Source of the DNA: Eledone cirrhosa
Taxonomy: Eukaryota
DNA: 64,000 bases
Assembly (NCBI GenBank): GCA_964016885.1
Contig: OZ024740.1
Span: 129,146,001-129,210,000 of the forward strand
Direction: 5' to 3'
The translations under genes and the position numbers were made by a program. Of this stretch, positions 13,148 to 30,053 are shown piece by piece. The notes under the pieces were generated by a model. The model searched no databases. It was not told where the DNA came from and worked only from the letters and a program-made list of their open reading frames with translations. The first letter of the stretch is position 1. The number at the start of each line of letters is the position of its first letter.

Positions 13148-13805
13148 TACGGATATATGAGACTATGTAAGTTGGCACTGTCGAAGAAATTATTTCGCCT
13201 TATAATCTATTCAGCGATTTTTTAAATCTTAATTATTCCCCAGAATTATTACGTATTTCATTATCCATCATACACCCATTAGTTCCTTATCCTTAACGTC
13301 CGCTACATCGGCATCAATGTCATTGACTAAAAGTAATAACTTATTAAGGCATGAGTACTCAGAGTGATAACTTCAGTGTGCATTTGATATAATATTTTCT
13401 TTCTCTCGGGAATATATGAAAATAGTAAACGCAATTCTTGAATGAGCTGCATTTTCAGTATAATAAAAATATATAAATTCAGCACGAAATATATTACGTA
13501 TTGTCTCAAGAAGTAACAATAATAACTAACTAAACCAGACACTAAAATCAGAACGTAGAAGAGTTTATCCCTGGTTCCTGGTATTTCACTCCATCTACTC
13601 TATTAACAATATCAGCCTGACTAGTTTCAAATGGATGCTGGTATACTATAAGTGTTAAAATGTATGCCACCGTAATCGGCGCGCTCAGCTTCCAGTATTT
13701 TGGATTCTGTTTAGATGAAGTATCTCAGTTTACTGCAAACATAAAAAAAAACATTTTGTCGCTGTGATGAACCGCTTTCGATGTCACTATTCACTAAATA
13801 GATTA

Positions 13806-13916
13806 ATTGTTTCTACGTTTGGCACAAGGCCAGCAATTACCCAGTGCATTACTGGTACTTTATTTTATCGACCTCCGTAAGGATGAAAGGCAAAGTCAAC
13901 CTCGGCGGGATTTGAA
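13806..13916 (-). mobile_element. 5'-truncated tRNA-derived SINE with target-site duplication
   Basis: Reverse complement of SINE 3' half, flanked by direct repeat TTCACTAAATAGATTAAT (~13790 and ~13917). Confidence 0.85.
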
Positions 13917-14384
13917 TTCACTAAATAGATTAATACTATCTAAATAGGACCAGGAATATCAAACGGGATTGTTTCAAGCCCATATTCTCACATCGTGTAC
14001 ACAATCAATTCGATATTTATGAAATAGTTTTAATTGTGTGATTAGAGCGTTACGTTTTGAACCTGACTATTGATAATCTATTGCAAAACAATCGCACCGT
14101 ACGATTACTACAGAATTCCAAAAGAATATCCCATTAACACTAATGGATGAGATGCTCCTATGACTATCATAACCCCCACCCGACCATTACTGGGCAAAAA
14201 ATAACGATACTTTGAATCAACAAGTAACGTAGTAATGAATATATATATATATGTGTGTGTGAGTGTGTGTGTATATAAACATGTGTGTGTGTGTGTGATT
14301 GTGTGAGTGTGTATGTATGTGTGTGTGCGTGTATGTATGTATTCTTCGAGAAACAATAAATTATATTTTAACTAAATATACTGT

Positions 14385-14447
<63 letters not shown>

Positions 14448-15037
14448 GCCAAGGCACATGATATACAGGAAGTTCATTCATTTCATTTAATGTTGAGATT
14501 TTGCTGAACTCTTTAAACACGGTGTCGTATATAACTGGCAAAGAAGAGGGGAAGCTTTCAGACATGATGCGATAAATAAAAGCAAAATAAAAACGAAAGA
14601 AAAAAAAACAAGTATGAGGCTTCAACATAAGAGAAGTAGGGATGCATTATATTATTATTTTCTCTCTTTTTTTCGCACTGGTGTCATTTTTCTTTTTAGT
14701 CTTTTAAAAATATATTTTTGATCATTTAATTTAATAATTGAAGCATTATTGAACAAACATGTATTGATTTCTCTCCTTATATATTTTCCTATCAATTCTT
14801 TTTACTGTTTAAGATGATTGATTAATCTCTTTTGATTTATTTTGTTTACTTTTATTGGTTTTAAATTGTTCTTTGATATCGTAGCTATCCAGCAAATCGT
14901 TTTTCTTGAAATTTTTTCGGAGGCGAATGACATTATTTTTTCTGTGTTAGTTGGACTTGATCAGTGTACTTTACTTTATTTAGGGCCCAATATATATTTA
15001 ATAGATTTTCCGGAGGTAGGTTACCTGTCTACATATT

Positions 15038-15143
15038 GGTTTCTGATAAAGGCACAATCAAATCAAAAGCAGGGCATTAATGGTACTTTATTCTACTGCC
15101 CCCATAAGTATGAAAGGAAGTTAAACTCAGCGTGATTTGAAAT
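15038..15143 (-). mobile_element. Degenerate SINE fragment
   Basis: GGTACTTTATT..CCCCATAAGTATGAAAGG..GATTTGAA resembles the SINE core in reverse. Confidence 0.55.
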
Positions 15144-15202
15144 CATTCTATGTCATAAAGCATCTTATATGTCTACATATTAAATATGCCTATATCTATA
15201 TA

Positions 15203-15731
15203 CTAGCATTAAAGCCCGGCGTTGCTCGGGGTCAGTAAGTTACCAAAGTTAGGTTGCACACCCATTTTATGGCAGCACTTTTTTGTCTGCCAGGCACTGG
15301 GTGAATGAATTTCAGACCTGGACTGCCGAAGCAGGAGCTGCGCCAGCAGTTAAAATTGTAGTTTCGCCTATGGATATTATCTCTGTGCAAAGAAGTGTTG
15401 AAATGTATTGTTTCACAGTACTTGCGCAATACGCGCGTAGACGATGCCAGCCGAACAACAGAGCTGCGATGGAGTTGTTCTGCATAGTTGTCTAATGTGT
15501 GTTTTCTAAATTTAAAACAGTAGGGAGGGGTGAGATATGGGGGAGAGTTAGCTGCTGTTTCTAGCAGGTTTGTTCGTTGAGAGATGTTTTAAAAAAGATT
15601 TATCGGTGTTTTTTTGTTGTTGAATAAATTTATCTGTTGCTTTTGAATAATTGTTGTTTCGTATGAAATGTAATAATCTTTGTTGTCATTGAAGTAAATA
15701 AATGTTTGACCGTTCCACACTCAAAAACAAA

Positions 15732-15798
<67 letters not shown>

Positions 15799-16119
15799 TC
15801 GGCGTTCCTAAAGGAAGTTTGTAGTTTAAGCGTATATAAGAGGAAGTTGTGCAGCATGTATGTAGTTTTATCGAATTTTAAGGGGAGTAGAGAGAGGTAG
15901 GCAGATTATATTAGAGGGGTAAAGCGTCATGTATTTAGTTTTATCGATTATTTCCGTAATTGTGGGTGAGTTTGAAATAAATAAATAGTCGTTGACCTAA
16001 GTTAGACCACTTACAACATTCTTACAGACATTCAGTCGAATCGGTTTGAAATTGTGCAAATGTATAAAATTGAAACATACATACAGACACAAAAATCTGC
16101 CTTTTATAGGTAATGATGA
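15203..16119 (-). mobile_element. Non-autonomous Helitron-like element
   Basis: Minus strand: 5' TC start followed by (TGTC/TATG) repeats; 3' GC-rich hairpin CCCGAGCAACGCCGGG ~10 nt before terminal CTAG|T. Confidence 0.7.
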
Positions 16120-16229
16120 TACACATTGGTGCAGTTTGGATTACACAGTCTGTATGCATTCATATACAACTTTATCATGCACCTCGACTTGTAGCACACA
16201 TTTTAGTACATATATATACTTTTTTGTGT

Positions 16230-16286
<57 letters not shown>

Positions 16287-16369
16287 TATCTGTATTTGTA
16301 TGGGTCTGTGGGTATGTGTGCTTGTGTTCATTCAAAAGGTAAACATAAATAACAAATCAAGCAATCAGC

Positions 16370-17560
16370 ATAGTACAACGGATAGATATATTATTGTACC
16401 GCTTGATATAGTAGTAAAAGAGCCTTAACTTTTCTGACTCTTGTTCCTCACAGAGGATAGTATGAACAATGATATAGAAAGGAACGGAAACAATGTGTTG
16501 GGTAGTATATACGGGCGTTGTAAATGTGAGTGTATATTCCGTGATACCTGGAGTTGTGTGTACGTATGTGCCTATATTTGTGTGTGAGAGCAAGGATAGG
16601 GAGAGATTACGGAGTCTGTTGTGGGAAATGAATTTATTTTGAAAAGTTATTGCAAGGCAAACGATTAAGTTTTGCTCAATCCTGTTGCGAGTGGCGGTAG
16701 ATTAGTGTTGTAAAATGAGATTTGAATCAGTTCGATGTTGAGAAGTATGTTTGCGGGAATGGAAGTGACGAGCGACATGGTGGGAGAAATTACCCAGTTA
16801 TATGTCCCCCAGCTGTTCGGCGTAGCGGTTCAGAGGACGGATTTTTTTTGTATATGGATCTGCAAAGGAATGCGGGGGTGGGCAACGGTGTATATGAGAG
16901 AGTGGTGAATGCGAAAAGAATGATTAATACCCATGAGAGTGAGGAGGTTTGTTATGTAGTGACAGGTATAACTGCGAGGTGAGAGCAGGCAAGGGAGCCT
17001 GGTACTGTCCTAGTGAATGGGTGAGATGGAACTGTGCCGAACAATGTCACGGATATAACGGACACGCATAAAGGTGGAGAAGTTGTGTCGTAAAGAAGTG
17101 AGAAGTGATGTAGTAAAAATCGAGGTTTCAGAAGGAAGGAAGTATCGCGCTACACAGAAGAAAAGGAAGGATGGCGTTGGGTGTAATCATTGGGTTAGCG
17201 GCGTGTTGTGGAGAGTGAATAAAGTGTGCGGGTAAGAGCAGTTTAAATGAAAGTAGGAGGATATCCACACTGAATGAGGTGAGAAGCCGTGCGTCAAGGC
17301 TGGATCTGTAAAACATGCACCTGGCTGCAGAGCCGACGAAGCAGGGGGAATTGGAAGAAGAGTATGAATAATGTAGAAACAGGTTGGTAAGAAATCCAAG
17401 GTATAGAGCGAGTCAATTCCGTAGGGTGAGTTTTAATAAGATTATTAAGGCCATTTACAACAACACGGAAATACCAGTAACGTACGTTTCGTGTGACACT
17501 GAAGACTAATTTAGTTAAACTGTGCCAATGAAAATGAACAGACAAATATTTATTCAAAAT
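16370..17560 (-). pseudogene. Highly decayed Penelope-like RT thumb / GIY-YIG remnant
   Basis: Fragments ..KTHPTELTRSIP.., ..QFPLLRRLCSQ.. and ..ILCEEQESEKLRLFYYYIKRY resemble PLE KPT / QFLRLRRICS / endonuclease C-terminal motifs; weak, by eye. Confidence 0.4.
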
Positions 17561-17775
17561 CGCGGAAATGTAAGATACGAGAATAAAAGAAAAGTTTGAT
17601 AATCCGCATGGTCTAGGTGTGTCAATTTGACGTAAAAAAGCTAGCCAACGGTAAAATAAATAGTAATTATAATGTGACTATTAAAAACCGATACGTTAAG
17701 GAAGCTATAAATCGATACTAATGAAACCATCTCTTCAAAATTTACTTAGCAACACAAAAAGATCTCCAGAAATGG

Positions 17776-18925
<1,150 letters not shown>

Positions 18926-21293
18926 ATTGAACTAAAACCTGTTGAGAAAGTGGCTTCCTTGTTCAATCATCTTGCCAGAAGCCTGACATTATTTATGTAA
19001 GCGGATGGTACATGATTTAGGAGCCCCAGAAACCCAAATACTGGATTTTACCAACCTTCCAGGGGTCCGGGTAAATTTTCAATACCCGAATTACTTGATG
19101 GTTTTTTTTTGGCTATGCGAATGATTATTTAACCATCGTCTCAATGTGTTTGGCCTTTAACGTTTGTTATAGCTCTGGTTCATCTGAATCATTGAGCACT
19201 TGCCACACACCTCGGAGGTTGTTTTTCGTTATTTTGTGAGCCGAAATGCGAATCTCGATAATTTATGTTTATATATGTATATATATATATACAAAATATA
19301 TTCTAGTAACAATCGAATAAGTCCCCAGTGCGGAAACATCCGTATTCTCACGTGTGTAGACACCGATTTTTCTTCCGTTCGGCGGTGTTACATTGTAAAA
19401 CGAAATACGGTGAAAGCTATTTATTCAATATGTATAGATATTTTTATCACAGCAACACTAACAGCGTGATTGATACTTGGCCTGTATATTATGTCATATA
19501 CGATATGTTTATTTGTAATAAACACGTAAGTGTCGATTTTTTGAAAATTTTAATTTGTGATCAAATCGCAAATATCTCAATAACATATGAACATACCAAA
19601 CATCATTTATTGGATATTTATTTGTTACTTAAGTCGGGCCTAAGTGTAATATAATTCTTATATATATTATTTGTTATGCGTATAAAGCCTACGGTAGGTT
19701 AGAAATGCGTATTCGCACATAATGTGAAAGTGACCGGCTAGGATATATTAGCGATAGTATTAACATAGCGTAACATTAAATAGAGGGGTATATGAAGGCA
19801 TATTGAGTATCTCTGTGCATATTAAGCATGCGAATTCTTCGCTGTCCTCATTTTGTTATATTATATTATTAATATCATATACTCGTTTCTGGATATTTGA
19901 TAGCAGCTCGGTGGTCTAGAGCAGAACCTCCGTTAAAATATTCAACGCTTCGAAGCAACATTTACTTTTACGATTCATAGCACATTTATTTAACAGAGAA
20001 AATATTATTGAATCGCATTTGAAGTGTGTTAGAGATTAATTCCGACGTAAAGATTCGGCAATTGCTTAGGGCGAGATGTTTCAATTAACGTAAATTCAGG
20101 AGAAGCCATCTAGTAAGAAATAAGATTCATTTTCTGTTTCTTACACCGAGGAAAAAATTTTTCTTTTGTTGCGAGAGTTTATAGATTTTGAAAGAGAAGA
20201 CTCATTTTCGTCGGAATCAAAATGATTGGATGATGCAAATGAAACTATACTAAAATCGTTCAATGAAGCAAAGAAGGCAAATCGATAGTGGAAGACGTTG
20301 ATATATTGGTGGACTGCTGCCCTCAATGGCAAATCATTCAAGGTTTATATTGATTTTTGTTTTGGCTTTTCATGAAAGAGAAAAATAATCTTTGCTGACT
20401 TCACAATGTGTCACCTGAATCATCAATGCTATTGATTCTAAAGCTTTTAGTTTCTATAGACCGTTGTATTTTCTTTTACTTTTTATTTTTAAAATTTCAC
20501 TTGTTGAAAGCTGCACACATAAACCATTTCAATATATCACGAGTAACATTTAGGACAACTTCAATTAAACGAAATATCAGCAAAAGCCATGTCTGTTATA
20601 TGGAGTGATAGAAACAACTAAATAATCCTTGAGATTATTATCGACCAAATAATTACAAAACAAAACCTAAAAATAAATCAGAAACGCAATAACAACGAGA
20701 AGGAGGGACTGGGAGTAATAAACGGTAACGTAACAACAAAAAGGCAAATCCCTAACAACTGAGGCATTGAAATTCAAACGAAGTGTACAGACACACACAC
20801 ACCCAGAAACTCAGAAACACTTACACATGTAAATATGTACAAGAGTGTGTTGGAAATCCTGTCATTGAATAACACACAGACAAGCAAGCGTTAAGTAATT
20901 AGGAGAGTATTATTTATGTGTGTGTGTGTGGGTGACATGAAATGAAATATAAAGGCAATGATCTTATTCGTTTTACCTCCTGATATATACAGACAGGTTC
21001 GACTACTAATATGTAAGTGTGTATGTGTATATGCTCAAATTCATATAGATTTGTTTCATCTCCCTGTGTTTAACCCTTGCATATTATACAGCACTCAACC
21101 GGACCCATCCCTTCACAACTAGCCTAGATATTCCTGATAATATTATATGAATGAAACATTTCTAGTTGTGTAGGAATCATTTCTATTTATAATGAAATGC
21201 CTATAATTTACAAACATACTGAGTGCATTTTGTAGCCTTGGTTACCCTCGACATAACTCGCAAACCTCATATTATATATATATATATATATAT

Positions 21294-21433
<140 letters not shown>

Positions 21434-23850
21434 GAGTGTGCAAATGTATATTTAATGCATATTTATGTATATGCTGCAGCGAGATAAAAAGGAAAGGGCG
21501 ATGCTGACGCAATAACACGCGAATGTCGTTTAGATTAAGTGACCCATACATACACATATATACATAGATATAAACACACATACATACATACCTACATACA
21601 CACATACATGCAATATTTAAGAAAAATACAAACGTGCTTTGCAATTCAGTATTGAAACGATATAGAAGCCATCTAAGTTTTAACCAAAAATGAAGTATAA
21701 CACCATAGTAATGAGATAAATATTTGATTACTTGAAACTGGTCATACTTCGCTGATATTCAGTTTGAAATTCTTGCAAATAAATAGTATAAAATATTATC
21801 ATTTATTGTGTATTAATCACAATTCATTATTTTGAATATGGTAGATGTCATTCCAGAGAATATGCTTTGTAAATTTTTAAAAAATCCCAAATTTTAAAAT
21901 ATATATTGCAAAATATTTCACATTTCCGCAGCTATTTTCTGACATCTTAGAATAAACCATAATTAAATTTTTATTTCCATATAATTATTTTAGGATATCT
22001 GATTCAAACTAATTAATACTAATTACGTATTAGTTTTAATTACATTAGCAGTATCATCAAGTGGATTTTGAAGCATAACAAGTTAGATTTGTTCACGATT
22101 ATTTCGAAAATACTTACAGTAGATATAATACAGCAAATTACGTTCTTCTCTTTACAAATAAGTAGAAGAAATAAATATCTTTCCAGATTGAAACCTAAAA
22201 GTAACACATCATGCCAACGGAAAAAAAATGTAAAGTTTAAATACAAGTGCTAACCCTCAAATCAAATAAATATGCATATTGCTTAATATATCACTGAACA
22301 GATAATACATAATTCCTCTGAAAGTACTTATGTCAATATAAGATATCGCAACATTTAAACATATCGCATCAGTTTGGACTTATATTAATGCTATTATTTT
22401 TCTTTCTGTTTAGAGCTTTGTCATTTTTGATTTCATATACGTATGACCAAAATACACCAGCTAAACTAATCGAGGCTTCAATTACTTAAGCACTTCATTT
22501 AGAACTTCATAATTCTGCGTGTCCTTTACAGTTTAGGATGACGTTTGTGTATGAAGAGAGTAGGATGTGGTGTGTACAGTGTATGGCTAGACGCTCAATT
22601 TTGTGACGATACATAAGATTGAATATTTACATCAGATCTGAAGTAGGTAGTGTAAGCAGAAGTGGATGGAACCAAAAATAAATGAATACCTTAACGTATT
22701 GAATCAATTGAATGATTCATATTCTTCTTCTCGAAACGATCAGCACTCTTTTTTAACTGTTAAATCTTTTAATAAAATATATTAACTTAGCGTTTTCAGA
22801 GAGAGAAAACATAATCTCGACATCGGAACGATGAGACACTTTTCGTTAGCCAAAACCTCGGTAACCATTTCTGCCAGTGAAGGAATGGGTGGTTGGAGAG
22901 GGTAGAGGTGCCACCAGACATTACAAAGAACCATCGAAATACCAGCATGAACATCCAGTATGAAAACTAAAAACAATATGCTCGATCAGTCGAGTAGTGG
23001 ACATCCAGCGACCATACATTTCACTGCCATTCCCCCGGCTGGCGATTACCGATGTGCAATTCAGATCACATTGAACACGATACCCAAATCGATAGCCACA
23101 AACAATCACAAAGAGAATAATGTGTTTGAGATATGAAGTGTCCACGCTCTGATTGCAAGTAGAAGAAATAAAAAACTTCGACACGAAACTGCGAGATACA
23201 GACAGGATATCAATAGGCTGGTTATGGTTAGGGCAACTGCATTTGAAGAAACAATTACAGACGAAGTGCTTGAACTGTGGTCGTGATCAATCATGTTAAC
23301 GTGCGATCAGTAGAGATAGGACCCAACTGTGGAATCAATAGCTTATCAGACCTGTGGATTCTTGAGAATCAACATGCTTCTTGAACTATCGATGTGCCAG
23401 CGACGAACTATAACATCCCTTTCAATCTTTAAATTTCTTCAGCCTATTTTAAAAGCTATAACATCTCCGCTCATGAGCACTCCATGCTTTACATAAATCT
23501 ACTCCCGTCAGCGCTTCGTAAACATCTGCAAACGAAACAATGCAGTGCAATGAAGAAATATATTAGTTTCTCGTTTGATACAAAGGGGAAAAATAGTCTC
23601 TATATTTCGGACACTAGTCCTTCACTAGACGATGGAATGAGAAATAAAAGGTGAACTTGATGTACATATATATGCGGTTAGGTTTATTACTAACGAAACA
23701 GGTCTAGTCAGTTAAAAATCATTTGTATACAAATTAATTTGCTTCTTCTCTATTAATGCACTGAAGTCATCGTCATGACTGAATATTTCGATACCCTTCG
23801 GAAAGGTATCTGTATTACTACGGGTGGATGGATATATGCATGTATGTAAT

Positions 23851-23902
<52 letters not shown>

Positions 23903-23906
23903 GTAA

Positions 23907-23944
<38 letters not shown>

Positions 23945-24726
23945 ATATATATATATATATATATGTATATGTATATATACATATATATATGTGTGTGTTT
24001 GACTGCGTGCGAGAGTTTGTATGTAAATACAAGGTAGTGCATTGCATTTATTGCTTCAAAATATTGTTTCATAAATTGTTTTAAACTTGATCTATACTAC
24101 CCTCTCTGAGTTCAAGTAGATGATTACAATTTTTTTCCTCGAAGTTTTTGACACGGATTTAGCGTCTGCGCCAAATCTATCTGACACCATGAGCATAAGG
24201 AGAAAACTAAATAATTATTACAAAAATACATTCACTCTATTCCTCAAGAAAAATATTCATGAGACATTTCTAATACAGACGATGAATATATATTCGAACT
24301 TATATTTATATTGTGTTTTTAATATAATATTATATTTTCTTTTAGTTTCGTCTAGATAAATATTAAGATGAGAAAAGTTTGGAAAATTGGAAACATAATA
24401 AGACACCTGAAACCATATCTTAAGAAAAAGTACAGGTTGATTTCAAATAGGACGGATTTTTCCTCTACACCAATCTAAGTAGAAAACAGTGTCTGCGAAT
24501 ATAAATAATCTGCAACAGAAGTAGTACTGTCCCTGTGAAAACTGGGAAAAAATGTTTTAATTACAGACATAGCCTAAGGGATTTCCTTCAATGCGAATTA
24601 CGTTAGATTGATATTAGTTTACGTTATTATGTTCCTCTACTGGCTAAAGCAAATATAATCGATATTACTACGGATAATCTCGTGACATAGCATCCGACAA
24701 TCATTCAAATGTACGGACATCATACG

Positions 24727-24774
<48 letters not shown>

Positions 24775-24778
<4 letters not shown>

Positions 24779-24939
24779 GTTTCTACTTCAGTCACAAGGC
24801 CAGCAATTACACAGTGCATTACTGGTACTTTATTTTATCGACCCTGTAAGGATGAAAGGCAAAGACAACCTCGGCGGGATTTGAACTCAGATCGTAAAGG
24901 GACGTAACTATGCTGGAAAGCATGGCGTCCGACCCTCTA
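24775..24939 (-). mobile_element. tRNA-derived SINE, slightly 5'-truncated, within (TA)n
   Basis: Reverse complement of the 830-1020 family. Confidence 0.88.
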
Positions 24940-27900
24940 TATATATATATATATAATGCATATAAGAAATGAAATGAGAGCACAATATTCTCCTAACGAT
25001 GTGTGTAGAGAAAATGGTATTACATTTATAGGACTTATATCTCTCTATCTGTCACACAGTGCGTGTCGGCAGTCATTTACTTAATTATCTCAGGATATCT
25101 GACAACGCCGCTCTCGGTAGAAAATTCCTTTTTTTCGGGAAAAGCTGTCTCGTACAATTGTTTATAGATCTACCGTTTGGTGATTAATTAGTTGTTCAAC
25201 CAATCAAAGATTCATGGAATACAACTCAACATTGTGAGTACAATCAATATATTTGTTCATACATCTCAAACTATACGATTTCTACATATATTGGACCATT
25301 GGTTCAGTCGGCCTGAAATGACTACGTCATAAGGTAATCGGTGGTTTCCCATCACAACTGGAGACTGGAGGCCTGGTGATAACTTTCTTTTGAATATAGT
25401 AGACTAGTAATTCTAAACGCCAGATGCTACGATACGTTCTTCGGCTCATAACATTAATTTGTGTCCAGACGCTGGGGCACTGCTGCACATAACACTAAAC
25501 ATATCCAATTACCAGTTCGTTAACAACCCCTTCCATTTCCTGCCGATTTCCATCGTGATCTCTCATGTTTTTGTGCCTGGGATGCCGTTTACACCGACAC
25601 ATTGGGAGGAGTTTATTCTGCCCCCAAAAGGAACCTCATAGGATTAAGTTGGTGACGCAGCGGGTGTTGCTTACGTAATCTGCGGTGAATTCTTCACCAT
25701 CTTTTCACACCGGAGCAGATGAGATAGACAGGCTGTCTAGAGAGTGTAGATATATCGGTCCCGTCCTCCTTTTACTTTATCTATTTTCACTAATTTCCCT
25801 GTTTACTGAATAAAATATCTATGTAAACAGTACTCCTATAATCATTATGAAGTATAGAGGAATGAATATAATACTGAAATTAGACATTTACTGTCAATGG
25901 CACATTCTGAAACAAACCATTAATAGTGAATGGGCTTCCTCATGGATTGTCACATCAAGTATTGATTGTAGTAACTGTTGGATATAAACTCTATTACAAA
26001 TATATTCATTCTGAAGTGATGAAATTAACTCAGGCTATCAGTATTCTTATAATATTGCAAACTTATGTTGAAACTTAAACGCAATGTACTATTGTGATGA
26101 GAAAACTATACACTTTATCACTGAAACATTTCAGGTAGTCCGCAAGCAGCCGCCAAATACAAACACACTGCAAGAAAAAATCCACGGTATCAAATATGCT
26201 CGCAATTATGTTGCTTGTAGGATGTTGCGACATACCATGTGCATATCCAGATGACAATAATATATAGGCAACTGGCTGGATCGACTTTGCAGCAACTCAG
26301 ATATACAGAGGAGTTCCCTAATATTCTCAGTATCTCCAATATTGCCTTTTACTAAGGCTAAGAAATAATATTAAATTAACTACTGTACAATAAGCAATCA
26401 ACGAATGCTACCAAATAATTTATTCAATAAAACATACATATATCTGGGAGGGGCTTCATGAAATGAGAAAATATTACTTACTTTGTGTGGAAAAGAGGAG
26501 GGTGCTAAAAAGGAGAGAATGAAGCGCGCGGAGGATAAAATACAGTCAAAAAGAAGGAAGTATGCTGATTACATTGTGTGGGTGGAAGCCTAAACAAAAG
26601 GAATTACGTAGCTATCATGGTGTGGGGAATGATAGATAATAAGCAAATATAGGGTTGGGTGTGAAAGGAGCGTGGAGAGAGACAGCATGTTACTAAATTT
26701 GGTGACGGAAGGTATGGAAAGACAGTAAATTTCTTACAACTTAGGCTTAGAAAAATTACAAATATTACAGGAGAAAACTCGCCAAATTTCATCAAGCTCT
26801 GATCGAAACGTTTTTCGTCATCTTGGGAGGTGTTAGATCGAATTTTTAAAGCGAACTGTGCGAACTATGTGTGAGTTAAGCGTAGGGATAATTAACATGC
26901 AAAAATAATTCAATTAATAAATTATCATTATCATTTAGCTTGTTATTCAAATACCAGTAAGTAATTGTTTCGGTGGCAAATCGAATGTATCAGGGACACT
27001 AGTATTTCATTTGTTCTTTATTTTATGTAACATAGGAAAATTAAATGCTGTTTTGACGTGATTTGAACTCAGAATAGAAAGAGCTGGAATAAATAGGATA
27101 TGGTCCTTGCTTGGCTGTCTAAGAATTCCGCTAATACTGATATTTGAAATAAAAGTAGTAATAATAATACAGTATCGTAAAACAATGCTGTTTCTGTAAT
27201 AATTATTGAATGTTAATAGCAATGATAATACTTGTTTCTAGCATAGTAGCCCGGCCACAAGCACATACCCCTAGGCATATTTTTCGATGTTTAGTCAGTC
27301 TACAATTTCATTTGATTTTCCTCAATCCCTTGCCTAAAAGTAACCGGCAAACTGGTTCCAAATTACACGCCACAGTCTGAATAAAAAGTAAGAAGAAACT
27401 TATTTTGAAAGTATTGGATTATAAGTATTGGATTATAAGTATTATAAGTATTGGATTATCTATGACGCTTGATAATCAATTGCACATAATGAAATAATGA
27501 TATAAATAAGTACATGCTCAGAAATACAGATACTTCTTAAATCTATGCACACATCTTAAATCTATGCACACATCTATCTCAGTTACTACATGATAGACGC
27601 TAGTATCGTCGGGTATATTTCTGCCAGTAATTTTTGATCTCACAGACGGTCCAGCTCTTGTAAGAAAACTTCTCTCTCCAACAGATTTACAATATCAAAT
27701 CTGGTGTGTATGAGGCAGATTTTAAACACAACACAGAAAATTCTAGTGTTAGTGAAATTGTCGTTAGGTAAATATCTACAGAGTTGCCAGACAAGCACTA
27801 TAATGACTGCCTGAAAAGATGACTATGTAGAATGTTAAAATAAACAAAGAAATATGGGAAAACTGTGCAAGAGACATTGTTTAGTAGTGAAATCTGTTGG

Positions 27901-30053
27901 CTACACCCATTACGGATTTGAAAAGTCCTATGGTTAAATGATGTCCTATGGTTAAATTAAACGAATAGCTAATTATATGTGGGATTTTAGTCCAGTCTCA
28001 GAAAGGAGTTCGAAAAAGCTCTTACCTGTGAGGAATGCCACGGATGTGTATGTCATAGGCTGGGCTACAAAGCCAGAGCAGACGTGTTACCCATGGATAT
28101 GACAACTTTGTGTACCACATAGTCAGGATTTTGCGTATGACATTTGTAACACAAAGCATGCCACGCCAATTAAAAAACTTGCAGGTAGAAAGATTACCTG
28201 CATATTGTGGAGTATTACATATAAGTCACTTCCTTGCTTGAAGAGCAATCTGAGGCGATATAAACGATAGCACCCTCAATAACATATTTTGGCCAATGTC
28301 TCTTTTATTATTATTTTTTGTTATAAGAATTGGCCGTACTCGGATATGATTTGGCTTCCACAATGTTGGTATGTAACTGAGTATGACTGAATGTATATAA
28401 GCACCATGTGATGAGATATGAAACTAAAAATACAATAACGAATATATTAAATTATTTCTTCATTTCTCTAGTTGATGGATGTTTCAAGTAAAATTTTAAT
28501 TACACGAATCGCTTGTTTGGTGAAGTGTCTATCTATCTTTAAACACTATTAATCTCGTATCTTCTTACGCTTCACCTTTCTTTCACACTCATCATCTCTG
28601 TCTATCTCTATTTATACTTGTCTTTATTCACTAACCCCACCTAGGAGCAAGTTTTATAGGAGACTTCGCATAAGTTGCTTATGTTGAGTATGATTTAATA
28701 CCGTAAATAGTTTATCCATTTACATAATGAGGGTTCATTTTTCGATTATATATATATATATATATATATAAATCAGAATGGAATCAGTTTGAAATTGGCT
28801 AGACGATTACTCAACAGGTTACTCGATACTTGAGGTAGTAGAATACGGTTATAATACAAAGAGTCGTGACCGAACACCTTATAACATACATAAATATCTA
28901 TGTTTGTCTGTGTCTCTGTACTTGTGTGCCTGTGTTTGAGTATGTGTACGTGCGTGTGTATACATGTGTTTATACGTGTGCATTGTTGACTTTTTGTCAT
29001 TATTTGTGAAATAAATCAACATTTTTGATGGACGGGGTCCTCACTCCTAATGTTATCCTCTGTTTGAATAATTTACTTACTAGCATACAGCAAATAAGTT
29101 CCCCTATAAAAAGAATGAATGAGGCTACAATTCGATAATTGCTCGTATAAAACTTAAGGGTTGTATATTGTAACGAACATTAATCAATATTTCCAAACAG
29201 ACATTATCCCTATGTACAAGGTAGAGAACTGTAAAACGTCATATAATTTACAATTACATATTCAGTATATGTGCTAGGACAGACACATAAGGTGGAGCAA
29301 GAAAGCTCAATCGATAGTGCAGAAGTTTTTACAACGTATTTGAAGAGATGTTATAAAAAGTCTAAATTTCAATTATTTGTGTGGTACACTGATCATTAAT
29401 AGATCATAATTGTTAATTTATTAGATTCATTAATTTTTTATAGTTTATACAACAATATAGTATTGATTTCATGCACACTACAAAATTTAGTTGTGGTGAA
29501 ATTGGACTTTATACGTATATGAGTGGTTTTGTTTTCTGTGTACATTATTCTGACGATTATACTGATACTACCATTATAATAGCAATGAAGAACAAATACA
29601 TTTCAACTAATATTAGTTCTTTTAAAATTTCCCTTTAAAGGTTTCTTTGTGCTAATATTTTGTTGTACAAATGTTTTTAATGGTTTATGTTTTATTCTAT
29701 ATTGCTTAGAATTTCAGCTCTGGCCGGAGAGAACACGGAATAAATTATTTACAATATACTAACAAAAAAGTGTTACATCACGTTAACTTTCTTACAGAGC
29801 GGGTGTACAATGAGCACTAAGTTACTGGTTCAGGAAGAAAGATATATCAAATCAGGTATGAGAATATATCACTTCACCAACGCAGGTGCAGATATGTCGG
29901 GTTAATAAAGAAAAATGAGATTTTCCATTAAATATATATTTTGCATTCGCTACATTATTAAACACAAACAAACACATACACACTCCACCACGAATATATT
30001 GCACACACAAACAGCTACGTCATACGTGTCACATTTTATATAATTATATATTA

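Noticed and set aside
22780-23525. Higher-complexity segments that might be decayed coding sequence (also ~26000-26400, 27560-28430, 58480-58700)
   Set aside because: No motif I could recognise with confidence; needs translated profile search.
23593-23817. Two hammerhead-like fragments (minus CTAGTGA-aggac tagt gtcc-GAAA; plus CTGAAGT..GATA..)
   Set aside because: Cores deviate at conserved positions; possibly decayed HHRs but not counted.
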